A model generated the notes under the pieces. It worked only from the letters and a program-made list of their open reading frames with translations. It was not told the origin of the DNA and made no database searches. This document shows positions 19,648 through 28,427 of a stretch of DNA of 64,000 bases, in pieces. Location: assembly GCA_947053455.1 (NCBI GenBank), contig CAMRSV010000001.1, positions 96,001 through 160,000 of the forward strand, read 5' to 3'. Numbering within the stretch: the first letter of the stretch is position 1; the number at the start of each line of letters is the position of its first letter. The position numbers and the translations under genes are program-made. The stretch is from an uncultured Alphaproteobacteria bacterium. GTDB taxonomy: Bacteria; Pseudomonadota; Alphaproteobacteria; Rs-D84.

Positions 19648-20085
19648 ATGAAAAAAACTGTTACATTTTCGTTATTGTTACTAGGCACCATTTCAACAAA
19701 CGCATTTGCTATCGTACGGCCCGATTGCAATGATAATACAACATGTTTTGATATAACAAATGGTCAAAGATGTACTACAGTATGCCCGACCTGTGACCAA
19801 GTAACACTTGGATGCCCATGCTGCATCGAATACGATACCACCGTATCCTGTACCTGCAATTCCGGGTATCATTCGGCGACAAATGCCACATATGGATGCG
19901 AATGCAAAAAAAATTGCGCCGCCGGATATTATGGTGATGGCACAACGTGCACAAAATGTCCAACACCCGGCACAACAACCGGATATGCACAAACCATCAC
20001 AGATTGCTATGTACCACAAAACACATCGGTAACAGATTCAAGCGGCACATATAACTATTCTAGCAATTGTAAGTACAATCTATGA
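19648..20085 (+). CDS. Secreted Cys-rich protein
   Basis: Signal peptide MKKTVTFSLLLL..AFA; CNSGY, CAAGYYG, CTKCP modules; C-terminal DSSGTY..C.Y; AAGGA SD. Confidence 0.8.
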   Translation: MKKTVTFSLLLLGTISTNAFAIVRPDCNDNTTCFDITNGQRCTTVCPTCDQVTLGCPCCIEYDTTVSCTCNSGYHSATNATYGCECKKNCAAGYYGDGTTCTKCPTPGTTTGYAQTITDCYVPQNTSVTDSSGTYNYSSNCKYNL

Positions 20086-20484
20086 CACGATAATTTTTCG
20101 ACCGTCATTATGTGCCGTAATATAAATATGGGTTGTATCGGCCGGTAACATATCCGCCGCAATTTCCGGCCATTCTATCAATGTTATATCATTACGCATC
20201 GCGTGGTTAAGTCCGATTTCAATCAATTCCGACGGGTCTTCGACCCGGTACAGGTCAAAGTGCGATATCCCATCATACGATTGCACGATTGTAAATGTCG
20301 GGCTGGGGACGACTGTATCAGCCCCGCGCAGCGTTTGAATTATTGTGCGTGCGATTTCGGATTTGCCCATTCCCAAATCACCGTGCAGCGCAACCACCAC
20401 CGGCGCGGTCAATCGCCCGGCAAAATCCGCCGCAAACTTACGCGTTTGTTCCAGATTTTCGGTTATTATTTCCATATGCATCAT
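20080..20484 (-). CDS. tsaE: tRNA threonylcarbamoyladenosine biosynthesis ATPase TsaE
   Basis: LHGDLGMGKS, PSPTFT, HFDLYR, LIEWPE. Confidence 0.95.
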   Translation of the reverse strand: MMHMEIITENLEQTRKFAADFAGRLTAPVVVALHGDLGMGKSEIARTIIQTLRGADTVVPSPTFTIVQSYDGISHFDLYRVEDPSELIEIGLNHAMRNDITLIEWPEIAADMLPADTTHIYITAHNDGRKIIVS

Positions 20485-20492
20485 ATCGCCTT

Positions 20493-22484
20493 TTATTCTA
20501 ATAACAGTAAATCATCCTCTAATTTATGTATCGCGTCACGCAGTTCGGCGGCCGTTTCAAATTCCAAATCCTCGGCCGCACGGCGCATCTTCTTTTGCAG
20601 GTCTTTGATTTCCTTTCTGATGGAAACCGCATCCATGACACCACCTGATTTGTCGTAAACAAAGCGACGCTTTTTATCAGCCTTTTCTTCCTTGTCGCCA
20701 ACCTCGGCAAAGACCGCCTTGGCCACAGTTTTAGGCGTAATGCCGTGCGCCGCGTTGTACGCCATTTGTTTTTCACGACGACGCGCCGTTTCACCCAGCG
20801 CAGCGCGCATAGAATCAGTTATGCGGTCGGCATACAGTATCACGCGACCATTCGCGTTTCGTGCCGCGCGCCCAATTGTCTGGATAAGCGAACGCGTCGA
20901 ACGCAGGAATCCCTCCTTGTCGGCGTCCATAATCGCAACCAGTTCGCATTCTGGAACATCCAACCCCTCGCGCAGCAAATTAATCCCGACCAAAACGTCA
21001 AATTTACCCAACCTTAAATCACGCAACAATTCTATACGTTCCAGTGTTTCTATATCGCTGTGCAGGTATCTGGCACGCACCCCGTTTTCATTGAAATAAT
21101 CAGTCAGTTGCTCGGCCATTTTTTTGGTCAGCGTTGTAACCAGTACGCGCCCTTTTATCCCCTTTACCTCTGCCAGCAGGTCATCAACCTGATGTTCGGT
21201 GGGTCTAACCTCGCACACAGGGTCGAGCAGACCCGTCGGTCGTATAACCTGTTCAGACACAATCCCGCCCGACTGTTCCAATTCCCACGCGGCGGGCGTT
21301 GCCGACACAAATACGGTTTGTGGACGCAATGCGTCCCATTCCTCAAACGTCAATGGGCGGTTATCAATACACGCCGGCAATCGGAATCCGTATTGTGATA
21401 AAGTTTCCTTGCGCGCGCGGTCACCACGGCTCATTGCGCCGATTTGCGGAACGGTTACATGGCTTTCATCAATAAACAATACGGCGTCACGCGGCAAATA
21501 TTCAAACAATGTCGGTGGCGGCTGTCCCGGGGCGCGACCCGACAAATAACGCGAATAATTTTCAATACCGCGACATGTCCCCGTGGATTCCATCATTTCA
21601 ATGTCAAAATTAACACGTTCGCGCAGACGCTGCTCTTCTATATACTTCATGTTTTCGTGAAAGTATTTTAACCGTTCGTCCAAGTCATCACGGATTTGGC
21701 TGATTGCCTGCAAAATACTGGGCATCGGGGTTGCATAGTGCGTGTTCGGATATATCGCAATTCGATCAAGTTTATGTAGCTTTGCCCCGGTCAGTGTGTC
21801 AAATTCCCATATATCCTCTATCTCGTCACCAAAGAACGATATTTTCCATGCCCTGTCCAGGGAATGCGACGGGAACACATCCAGCGTATCGCCACGCACA
21901 CGAAAATCACCGCGCTCAAAAGCTGTGTCATTTCGCTTGTACTGAATATCAACCAATGCCCGCATCACATCTTTTTGGCCGATTTTATCCCCAGAATTTA
22001 GAACCAATTTCATGCCCGAATACTGTTCCGGCGAACCCATACCGTAAATTGATGACACAGATGATACGACAACGACATCCTTTTCCTCTAGCATGGCGCG
22101 CGTGGCACTGTGACGCATACGATCCAACTGTTCGTTTATGGACGCATCCTTGTCGATATACGTATCGGTTGTCGGCATGTACGCCTCGGGCTGATAATAA
22201 TCATAATATGATACGAAATATTCGACATGATTGTTTGGAAAGAAATATTTCATTTCCGTATACAACTGCGCCGCCAAAATTTTGTTCGGCGCCATAATCA
22301 ACGCGGGGCGCCCCAATTCGGCGATAACGTTCGCCATGGTGAACGTCTTGCCGGATCCGGTCACGCCCAACAACACCTGCGAACGGCGCCCTTCGTTTAT
22401 CCCAGACACCAATTCGGATATAGCCGTGGGCTGATCACCCATGGGTTTGTAATCACTCTGAAGATCAAAGATTTTTTTATTCAC
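20493..22484 (-). CDS. uvrB: Excinuclease ABC subunit B
   Basis: [29 protein letters not shown]-terminal UVR domain; GTG start. Confidence 0.98.
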   Translation of the reverse strand: MNKKIFDLQSDYKPMGDQPTAISELVSGINEGRRSQVLLGVTGSGKTFTMANVIAELGRPALIMAPNKILAAQLYTEMKYFFPNNHVEYFVSYYDYYQPEAYMPTTDTYIDKDASINEQLDRMRHSATRAMLEEKDVVVVSSVSSIYGMGSPEQYSGMKLVLNSGDKIGQKDVMRALVDIQYKRNDTAFERGDFRVRGDTLDVFPSHSLDRAWKISFFGDEIEDIWEFDTLTGAKLHKLDRIAIYPNTHYATPMPSILQAISQIRDDLDERLKYFHENMKYIEEQRLRERVNFDIEMMESTGTCRGIENYSRYLSGRAPGQPPPTLFEYLPRDAVLFIDESHVTVPQIGAMSRGDRARKETLSQYGFRLPACIDNRPLTFEEWDALRPQTVFVSATPAAWELEQSGGIVSEQVIRPTGLLDPVCEVRPTEHQVDDLLAEVKGIKGRVLVTTLTKKMAEQLTDYFNENGVRARYLHSDIETLERIELLRDLRLGKFDVLVGINLLREGLDVPECELVAIMDADKEGFLRSTRSLIQTIGRAARNANGRVILYADRITDSMRAALGETARRREKQMAYNAAHGITPKTVAKAVFAEVGDKEEKADKKRRFVYDKSGGVMDAVSIRKEIKDLQKKMRRAAEDLEFETAAELRDAIHKLEDDLLLLE

Positions 22485-22531
22485 AAGGTTTAGTATAATT
22501 CATTATAATCAAAATACAAGAGGGAGAATAC

Positions 22532-25006
22532 ATGGCATTAAAACCTAGGTATAAGCGCAGAATATTGTGGACGGTTATTTCGGCAATCGGATTGCTGGCC
22601 GTGGCGATTGTGCTGGTGCCTCCCCTTATCACATTAAATTATATGAAACCCAAAATAGAGGCCGCCATCACGGCGCAAACAGGCGTTACGGCAAAAATCA
22701 ATGGGAACGTGCATTTTAGTCTGCTGGGGCATGCGACAATCGTTGCACACGATGTTGTGATTCCAATGGGCACAATAAACTCTGCCGTGTTTAGGGTGCC
22801 GCTTTCATCCATACTTGATGCGGGTAACACATCGCTTACGGGTAATATCGTTGTATACGGCGCAAACCTGCACATTGAACGATTGGAACCACAATCATTT
22901 AATTATAATATTGAAATAAAAAACTCGCAGATAATGTTTATGGGCAAACCGTATTATATATTAAACGGAACTGTCTTTGATGGAAAGTTCACAGGACTTG
23001 TCCGCACAGACGACCATAAATATGAAATCGAATTTCAAGGTGACGCATTCCACGTGCGCAACCGCGACAATGCATTGAATCTGACGGGGTATCTGTTTTC
23101 AGACGGTGCGGCACGCGGTAAAATCGCGCTGGCGACCGATGACATAAACCGCTGGTTTGAATTTGATACGCCGCGAATTGACCGCCCGATACAAATGACG
23201 GCAAACTTTGAATGGGACGGTGCAAACGGCGTTAAATTCCAAGACATACATGCAAATTCCTTTACTGGGAACATTGACTTGAACGGCGACGGTTCACGCC
23301 GCGTTCAGTTGGCGTCAAAAAACATGGACTTTGATTTTTCATTCCTGTTAAAACCCAATGACGTTTTATACCGCACCGCGTTTGATTTGGATTTTTATGG
23401 CAATATGAAATTAGGGTCGAAAAAAATACACCATCTAAAAGTATTAGCAAACGGTGCCCGCGACAAAATACAAATCCGGGAAATCGTTGCGGACGACACG
23501 ACCATATCTGGTGGGTACATTGATGCAAACGGTGCCCATAATATTATGATACGCACCCCGTTTGATGGTGTCACGGTCACATGCCTGTTTTCAGGGACGC
23601 CGGATAAATGGCAATGCGGCGAATTTTCTTATAACCACATAACAGGCCAAATATCTGTTGACGGCGACAAATTTAACATATATGTACAGAGCCCAAAAAA
23701 CATACCCGGCGACGATGAAATACGCCGGATGGCACTGCGTTTTGGAAAACATGGGACGGTTGAATTTAAATTTAACGACGCCGCCGGCCGCATGGAAATA
23801 AGCGAAAAGGAAATGTCACGCGAATACACCTTTGCCAGAAATAGGAGCCTTGAATGGTTTGGTGGTGACATAAAATTTATGCCGGAATTTATGCGGCGCG
23901 CCACTGGTGATTTCACATGGTCTGGCGACAAAATGCATTTCAAGCCGAAATCAGAACAATGGATTCTCACCGTGCAGGGGGGCAAATTTACAATTCGCGG
24001 AAAAAACGCCAAGCAGTGGTTACCAGGTATTGATTTACAGGCACTTAATGATTTGCCATATGAAATATCCGGCACATATGCAGGCGACGCGATTGACAAT
24101 TTAAACATAATAATCGCCGGCCAAGAATTTTCTGGCACCGCAACGGCTGGCGCAATAACATTGAAAACAAACCTGCTGGATATGGATGCATTCACGAACC
24201 AATCATTTGTCGATAACTTTGAAGAACTAGAATTCACGACTATGCATCCGCTGATGATACCGTTTGATGTCGGTACAAATATTTCGATTTCGGCGGCGCA
24301 CGTTATATACAACGGTAATGAATATAGCAACTTTGTATATTCAATGCGCGGAAATACCCAGACATTCTCTATCACAGACGACGCACGGGGCGGAATTTTG
24401 ATGACTGTGCGCCGCGACAAAAACAAATACGACATTTCCGCGGCATTGTCGCGTTTCAAGATTGCCGGATTTTTACTAAACAATGTGATGCCACTAAATG
24501 TTAGCGACACACTGATTACGGGCGAAATTGAAATAACCACGTTCGGCAAAGTCGCGCACGACATACTTTACAATATGGCAGGTGAAATTGACACAACATT
24601 TGACGGCGGAATGATAACGGGTATTGGGGTTGACGGTTTTTATCAGTCTGCCGAAAATATAACAAAACTAAACGCTGAATATGCATTGAGCGCTGCATTG
24701 ACAAGTGGCGAAACCGCGTTAAAGAGCATGCGCGTCATCGGTCACTATGAAAACGGCAACTTTGAAACAACGCGCCCACTGGAAATATCAATGCGTCATT
24801 CGACAGCCACGGGGCAAATGCAAATTATAGATGGCCGCATGTCAGCAAATCTGAAAATCGTAATGCGTGGCGTCGCGCCGGCACCATCTCCAATCGAACT
24901 GCAAATAAATCCAAATGGGACGCGTAATTATTCGCTGTCCCAGATAATGATGGATTTGGACACGGGATATATGCGTGAATTTGTGAAAACACATGCAAAG
25001 TTCTAG
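22532..25006 (+). CDS. AsmA-like family protein
   Basis: N-terminal TM followed by KPKIEAAI...G..I.G.V.F pattern; beta-rich 824 aa; GGGAG SD. Confidence 0.65.
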   Translation: MALKPRYKRRILWTVISAIGLLAVAIVLVPPLITLNYMKPKIEAAITAQTGVTAKINGNVHFSLLGHATIVAHDVVIPMGTINSAVFRVPLSSILDAGNTSLTGNIVVYGANLHIERLEPQSFNYNIEIKNSQIMFMGKPYYILNGTVFDGKFTGLVRTDDHKYEIEFQGDAFHVRNRDNALNLTGYLFSDGAARGKIALATDDINRWFEFDTPRIDRPIQMTANFEWDGANGVKFQDIHANSFTGNIDLNGDGSRRVQLASKNMDFDFSFLLKPNDVLYRTAFDLDFYGNMKLGSKKIHHLKVLANGARDKIQIREIVADDTTISGGYIDANGAHNIMIRTPFDGVTVTCLFSGTPDKWQCGEFSYNHITGQISVDGDKFNIYVQSPKNIPGDDEIRRMALRFGKHGTVEFKFNDAAGRMEISEKEMSREYTFARNRSLEWFGGDIKFMPEFMRRATGDFTWSGDKMHFKPKSEQWILTVQGGKFTIRGKNAKQWLPGIDLQALNDLPYEISGTYAGDAIDNLNIIIAGQEFSGTATAGAITLKTNLLDMDAFTNQSFVDNFEELEFTTMHPLMIPFDVGTNISISAAHVIYNGNEYSNFVYSMRGNTQTFSITDDARGGILMTVRRDKNKYDISAALSRFKIAGFLLNNVMPLNVSDTLITGEIEITTFGKVAHDILYNMAGEIDTTFDGGMITGIGVDGFYQSAENITKLNAEYALSAALTSGETALKSMRVIGHYENGNFETTRPLEISMRHSTATGQMQIIDGRMSANLKIVMRGVAPAPSPIELQINPNGTRNYSLSQIMMDLDTGYMREFVKTHAKF

Positions 25007-25362
25007 CGTGATTCATCCTTGATTGCACGTCGGAATGCATCGCGCGATATAGCGCGTCCGCTGGCATCGGCATAATACTTGTTTCGTCCGACAGTAATGC
25101 AATGAAATCCGCCCGCACAGAATTTTAATCCGCGCACCGCGCGCAGCATGGTTTTATCAGGCCCAATAAGGTCGGCCGTCTTTCCAAACAGCAGACGTGA
25201 AATTCCGCGTATAAAGCCGTTCGCTGCATGCGGCGCGTAAAGGACGCCACCACGCTTTACCAAACCATTAACATCATATTTGCCCGCACCCGATGTGATT
25301 GTCTGTGTCTGATACGGCGTCAGATTCATTGTATAGCAAATTTTGTTTATATCAGTTGTCAT
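25003..25362 (-). CDS. Hypothetical protein
   Basis: 119 aa from ATG 25362 with GGGGGA SD. Confidence 0.6.
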   Translation of the reverse strand: MTTDINKICYTMNLTPYQTQTITSGAGKYDVNGLVKRGGVLYAPHAANGFIRGISRLLFGKTADLIGPDKTMLRAVRGLKFCAGGFHCITVGRNKYYADASGRAISRDAFRRAIKDESR

Positions 25363-25435
25363 GCGAAATCCCCCCATACGCTTTTTATAAAAATTATATA
25401 TGGAAAAAATTCTGCTGTAATAGGTATGATTTCCG

Positions 25436-25466
25436 AATAAAAACGGGGCCGCAAATTGCGGCCCCA
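25436..25466 (-). terminator. aspS terminator
   Basis: GGGGCCGCA-att-TGCGGCCCC followed by GTTTTTATT on the minus strand. Confidence 0.8.
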
Positions 25467-25483
25467 TGTAACGCGCGCGGGCA

Positions 25484-27238
25484 TTAATTTTTCTTGCGAA
25501 CAGTGATGTGCACCTCGCGCAGTTGGGTTTCGGTCACCTCTCGTGGCGCCCCCAGCATCAAATCCTGGCCGCGCTGGTTCGTTGGGAACAGCACAACTTC
25601 GCGCAAATTTGGTTCGGCACGCATGATTTGAACCAAACGGTCGATTCCGAACGCGCATCCACCGTGGGGCGGTGCACCGTACTGGAATGCCGCATACATT
25701 CCGCCGAATTTTTCACGAACAACCTCTTCGCCGTAACCCGCAATTGCAAAGGCCTTTACCATTGTTTCCGGGTTATAGTTGCGCAGACCCCCACTGCAGA
25801 TTTCCGCACCATTTAACACCATATCAAACTGGTTCGCTTTTATCTTTAATGGGTCGCCATCTAATTCACCCTTGGGCAGTGAAAACGGATTATGTCCGAA
25901 ATCAATTGCGCCCGTTTCTTCGTTTAGCTCGTACATTGGGAAATCTTCTATCCAGCAAAGACGGAATTCGGTCGGGTCAATCAGATTCAAATCTTCACCC
26001 AGCTTGATACGCAGTTTACCCGCAGCCTTGGCCGCGGCATCGGGCGCATCACAAACAAAGAATAAAGATGAATTGTCACCAGATATTTCACGCAGCTTTG
26101 CAATACGCGCCTCGTCCAGTTTTTTGGCGACCGGTCCCTTGGCCTCGTCCGCAAAGACAATGTAGCCAAGTCCACCCAGCCCCAATTCTTTTACCGCATA
26201 ATCGCCCAGTTTATCAAACCATGAACGCGGCCGGTCGGCGGAATTGGGCGCCGGTATGGCACGCACAACAGAGCCATTTTCAATTGCGGACGCAAAGATT
26301 CCAAAATCCGACCCGCGGAAAACATCTGTCACATCATGAATGATAATAGGGTTACGCAAATCTGGCTTGTCGCACCCATATTTCAGCATGGCTTCTTCAA
26401 ATGGTATATGCGGGATTTCCGGATGTATTTTTGCATTCGGTACAAATTCGCGAATCATCGCCGGCATCAGTTCGTCGCCAACCGCCTGAATGTCACGCAA
26501 ATCGACAAACGACATTTCCAAATCCAACTGATAAAATTCCAGCAACCGGTCGGCGCGCAAATCTTCGTCACGAAAGCATGGTGCAATCTGGAAATAGCGG
26601 TCAAATCCAGAAATCTGAACCAATTGCTTGAACTGCTGCGGTGCCTGGGGCAATGCATAGAACATGCCATGATGATTGCGGCTGGGGACGATAAAGTCAC
26701 GCGCACCCTCCGGGCTAGAGACAGTCAAAATCGGGGTTTGGAATTCGGAAAAGCCCATATCCCACATTTTATCGCGCATGAATTTTATCACGCGGTTGCG
26801 GAACAGAATGTTGTTGTGAAGACTTTCACGACGCAAATCGATATAACGGTATTTCAAGCGCAAATCTTCGGAAACATTGCCGTCATCACCGAACACCTGG
26901 AACGGCAGAACATCCGAATTAGTCAATACAGACCAGGATGTGACCTGAACCTCAATCGCGCCGGTGGGTAATTTGTCGTTCACGGCGGACGCGTCGCGGG
27001 CAACCACGGTGCCTGTAACCATTATAACGGATTCGGGGCGGACTTTTTCCAAGGCTTCATTTCCGCCGTCAAATACAATTTGCGTCATGCCATAGTTGTC
27101 GCGCAGGTCAATAAATAACAACGAGCCATGGTCACGCTTTCTATGTACCCAGCCCGACAGTGTAACGGTTTCGCCGACGTTTTTTGCGTTTAATTCACCG
27201 CATGTGTGCGTTCTGTATTTTGATTTAAGTGTTAACAT
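25484..27238 (-). CDS. aspS: Aspartate--tRNA ligase (likely non-discriminating Asp/Asn type)
   Basis: RTHTCG, RDHG (His typical of ND-AspRS), SPEGARDF, PQQFKQL, CFRDED.R.DR, GAPPHGG. Confidence 0.97.
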   Translation of the reverse strand: MLTLKSKYRTHTCGELNAKNVGETVTLSGWVHRKRDHGSLLFIDLRDNYGMTQIVFDGGNEALEKVRPESVIMVTGTVVARDASAVNDKLPTGAIEVQVTSWSVLTNSDVLPFQVFGDDGNVSEDLRLKYRYIDLRRESLHNNILFRNRVIKFMRDKMWDMGFSEFQTPILTVSSPEGARDFIVPSRNHHGMFYALPQAPQQFKQLVQISGFDRYFQIAPCFRDEDLRADRLLEFYQLDLEMSFVDLRDIQAVGDELMPAMIREFVPNAKIHPEIPHIPFEEAMLKYGCDKPDLRNPIIIHDVTDVFRGSDFGIFASAIENGSVVRAIPAPNSADRPRSWFDKLGDYAVKELGLGGLGYIVFADEAKGPVAKKLDEARIAKLREISGDNSSLFFVCDAPDAAAKAAGKLRIKLGEDLNLIDPTEFRLCWIEDFPMYELNEETGAIDFGHNPFSLPKGELDGDPLKIKANQFDMVLNGAEICSGGLRNYNPETMVKAFAIAGYGEEVVREKFGGMYAAFQYGAPPHGGCAFGIDRLVQIMRAEPNLREVVLFPTNQRGQDLMLGAPREVTETQLREVHITVRKKN

Positions 27239-27414
27239 TTCGGTCCCTTTTTTTATTGCCGGGACGCATCAAATTGCGGCACCGGTATTGTTTATGCACG
27301 GGGGCGCAAAATTTTATTCGCGCGGTGCCACCCCGAATTTATAACTTTTGGTTATGGGTTTTGAACATTCCGCGGTTGTCAGTCGCATCACCACATTCGC
27401 GCCCGAAAAATCTG
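27239..27414 (-). promoter_or_regulatory. T-box riboswitch (Asp), minimal, translational type
   Basis: GGGG-TGGCACC-GCGCGAA...TTTGCGC-CCCC antiterminator-like helix (27300-27334); Stem III ATAAC/GTTAT; short Stem I with GAC-A in its loop; SD-sequestering GTCCC/GGGAC hairpin. Confidence 0.8.
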
Positions 27415-27420
27415 TATCGG

Positions 27421-27449
27421 ATTTTAACGCCCGTCCACCCAAAATGCAA
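27421..27449 (-). promoter_or_regulatory. aspS promoter
   Basis: TTGCAT-N17-TAAAAT. Confidence 0.7.
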
Positions 27450-27479
27450 GAAATTATTATTTTGTACCACGCACATCAG

Positions 27480-27588
27480 ATTTACCAGATTGCCACGCTA
27501 CGATCGCAATGACAAGTTCGTTATTAAGTTCTTAATCTCTTTACTTTATCATTGCGAGCAAGTGCATCTGCACACAGCGAAGCAATCC
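27480..27588. repeat. RPE/REP-like palindromic element halves; 27480-27515 is a 36-bp direct repeat with 28295-28330
   Basis: AGATTGCCACG..TCGCAATGAC and TCATTGCGAG..CGAAGCAATCC resemble Rickettsia-type palindromic elements. Confidence 0.65.
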
Positions 27589-27601
27589 AACATATAATAA
27601 A

Positions 27602-27877
27602 TTATTTCCCGCGATACGCATCGGCGTCATCGCCCCAATACCACGCGGGGATGCCGTATGTAAATATAAATATTAAAAATACTGTCGGAAATGGGGCACA
27701 GCCGGATTCTATATCCCGCAATTTTTCGACCGTTATACCAATGTCACGCGCAAACTGTTCCAACGATATTTGTGAATTTTCACGTATACTGCGGAAAAGT
27801 TCACCCGGCGGCATCCCGGTATCTTCTAGTGATACCAGTTTTTTTATCCCCGCCATTATATCGGCATTGTTGGTCAT
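27602..27877 (-). CDS. XRE-family helix-turn-helix protein
   Basis: GELFRSIRENSQISLEQFARDIGIT..KLRDIESG..P; GGGGG SD before ATG 27877. Confidence 0.8.
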   Translation of the reverse strand: MTNNADIMAGIKKLVSLEDTGMPPGELFRSIRENSQISLEQFARDIGITVEKLRDIESGCAPFPTVFLIFIFTYGIPAWYWGDDADAYRGK

Positions 27878-27896
27878 GTTTATACCCCCGTTGTGC

Positions 27897-28076
27897 AAAA
27901 ACAAAAACCACCGAAAAATTTCAAGTGGTTGGAGGTTCACGACTATGTAAGAAATAGTGTATGTGTATTCAATATATTTTCACATACCCTCCAACCTAGG
28001 ATTGGAGAGATAGTTTTTTGTCTTATCTAGACATCTTACGCGGAGTCGTGAAACTCCGTGATGGAATTACCATCAA
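27897..28076 (-). ncRNA. C4/CI-like structured leader, copy A (upstream of the XRE gene)
   Basis: P1 GGTTGGAGG/CCTCCAACC, P2 GTATGTG/CACATAC, P3 ACTAT/ATAGT; a1 TTCACGAC vs GTCGTGAA; b1 GTAAGA vs TCTTAC; promoter TTGATA-N16-TATAAT (28082-28109); terminator AACCAC/GTGGTT plus T tract. Confidence 0.7.
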
Positions 28077-28110
28077 TGATTATTATAGTATATTAGGGAA
28101 AAATATCAAT

Positions 28111-28257
28111 AAAAAAACCGCTTTATTGCGGTTGGAGGTTCACAACTATCGTAAGAAATAGTGTCGTTTATTCATATATATCACGACCCTCCAACCATGG
28201 TTGAAGTTTCTCTTACGAGGGGTTGTGACACCCCACCGATGGAATACCCTTCGGCAC
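28111..28257 (-). ncRNA. C4/CI-like structured RNA, copy B (no gene of its own)
   Basis: Same P1; P2 GTCGT/ACGAC; a1 TCACAAC vs GTTGTGA; b1 TCGTAAGA vs TCTTACGA; promoter TTGCAA-N17-TATAAT (28262-28290); terminator AACCGC/GCGGTT plus T tract. Confidence 0.7.
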
Positions 28258-28294
28258 AATTATTATATCAACACAAAAATCAAATTGCAAATTT

Positions 28295-28340
28295 ATTTAC
28301 CAGATTGCCACGCTACGATCGCAATGACAAAGCAATCCAG
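28295..28340. repeat. RPE/REP-like element, second 36-bp direct repeat
   Basis: ATTTACCAGATTGCCACGCTACGATCGCAATGACAA identical to 27480-27515. Confidence 0.8.
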
Positions 28341-28380
28341 TTAATAATAAAATTTAATAAAGCGCATAATAATATACATC

Positions 28381-28407
28381 AAAAAACCCGGTGATTTCCG
28401 GGTTTTT
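28381..28407 (-). terminator. infB terminator
   Basis: AAAAAACCCGG-tgattt-CCGGGTTTTT. Confidence 0.8.
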
Positions 28408-28427
28408 ATTAACATTATGCCGCCACA

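Noticed and set aside
19412-19651. 79-aa ORF overlapping the Cys-rich gene start (ATGA) as a leader peptide
   Set aside because: No SD or recognisable protein features; ATGA overlap is automatic for ATGAAA starts, and RNA structure explains the sequence. Not fully excluded, since P1 icd-type ORFs exist.
27927-28196. GGTTGGAGGTTCAC repeats as a mini-CRISPR or IS ends
   Set aside because: Only two units about 200 bp apart, with internal compensatory structure and their own promoters; no cas gene or transposase.
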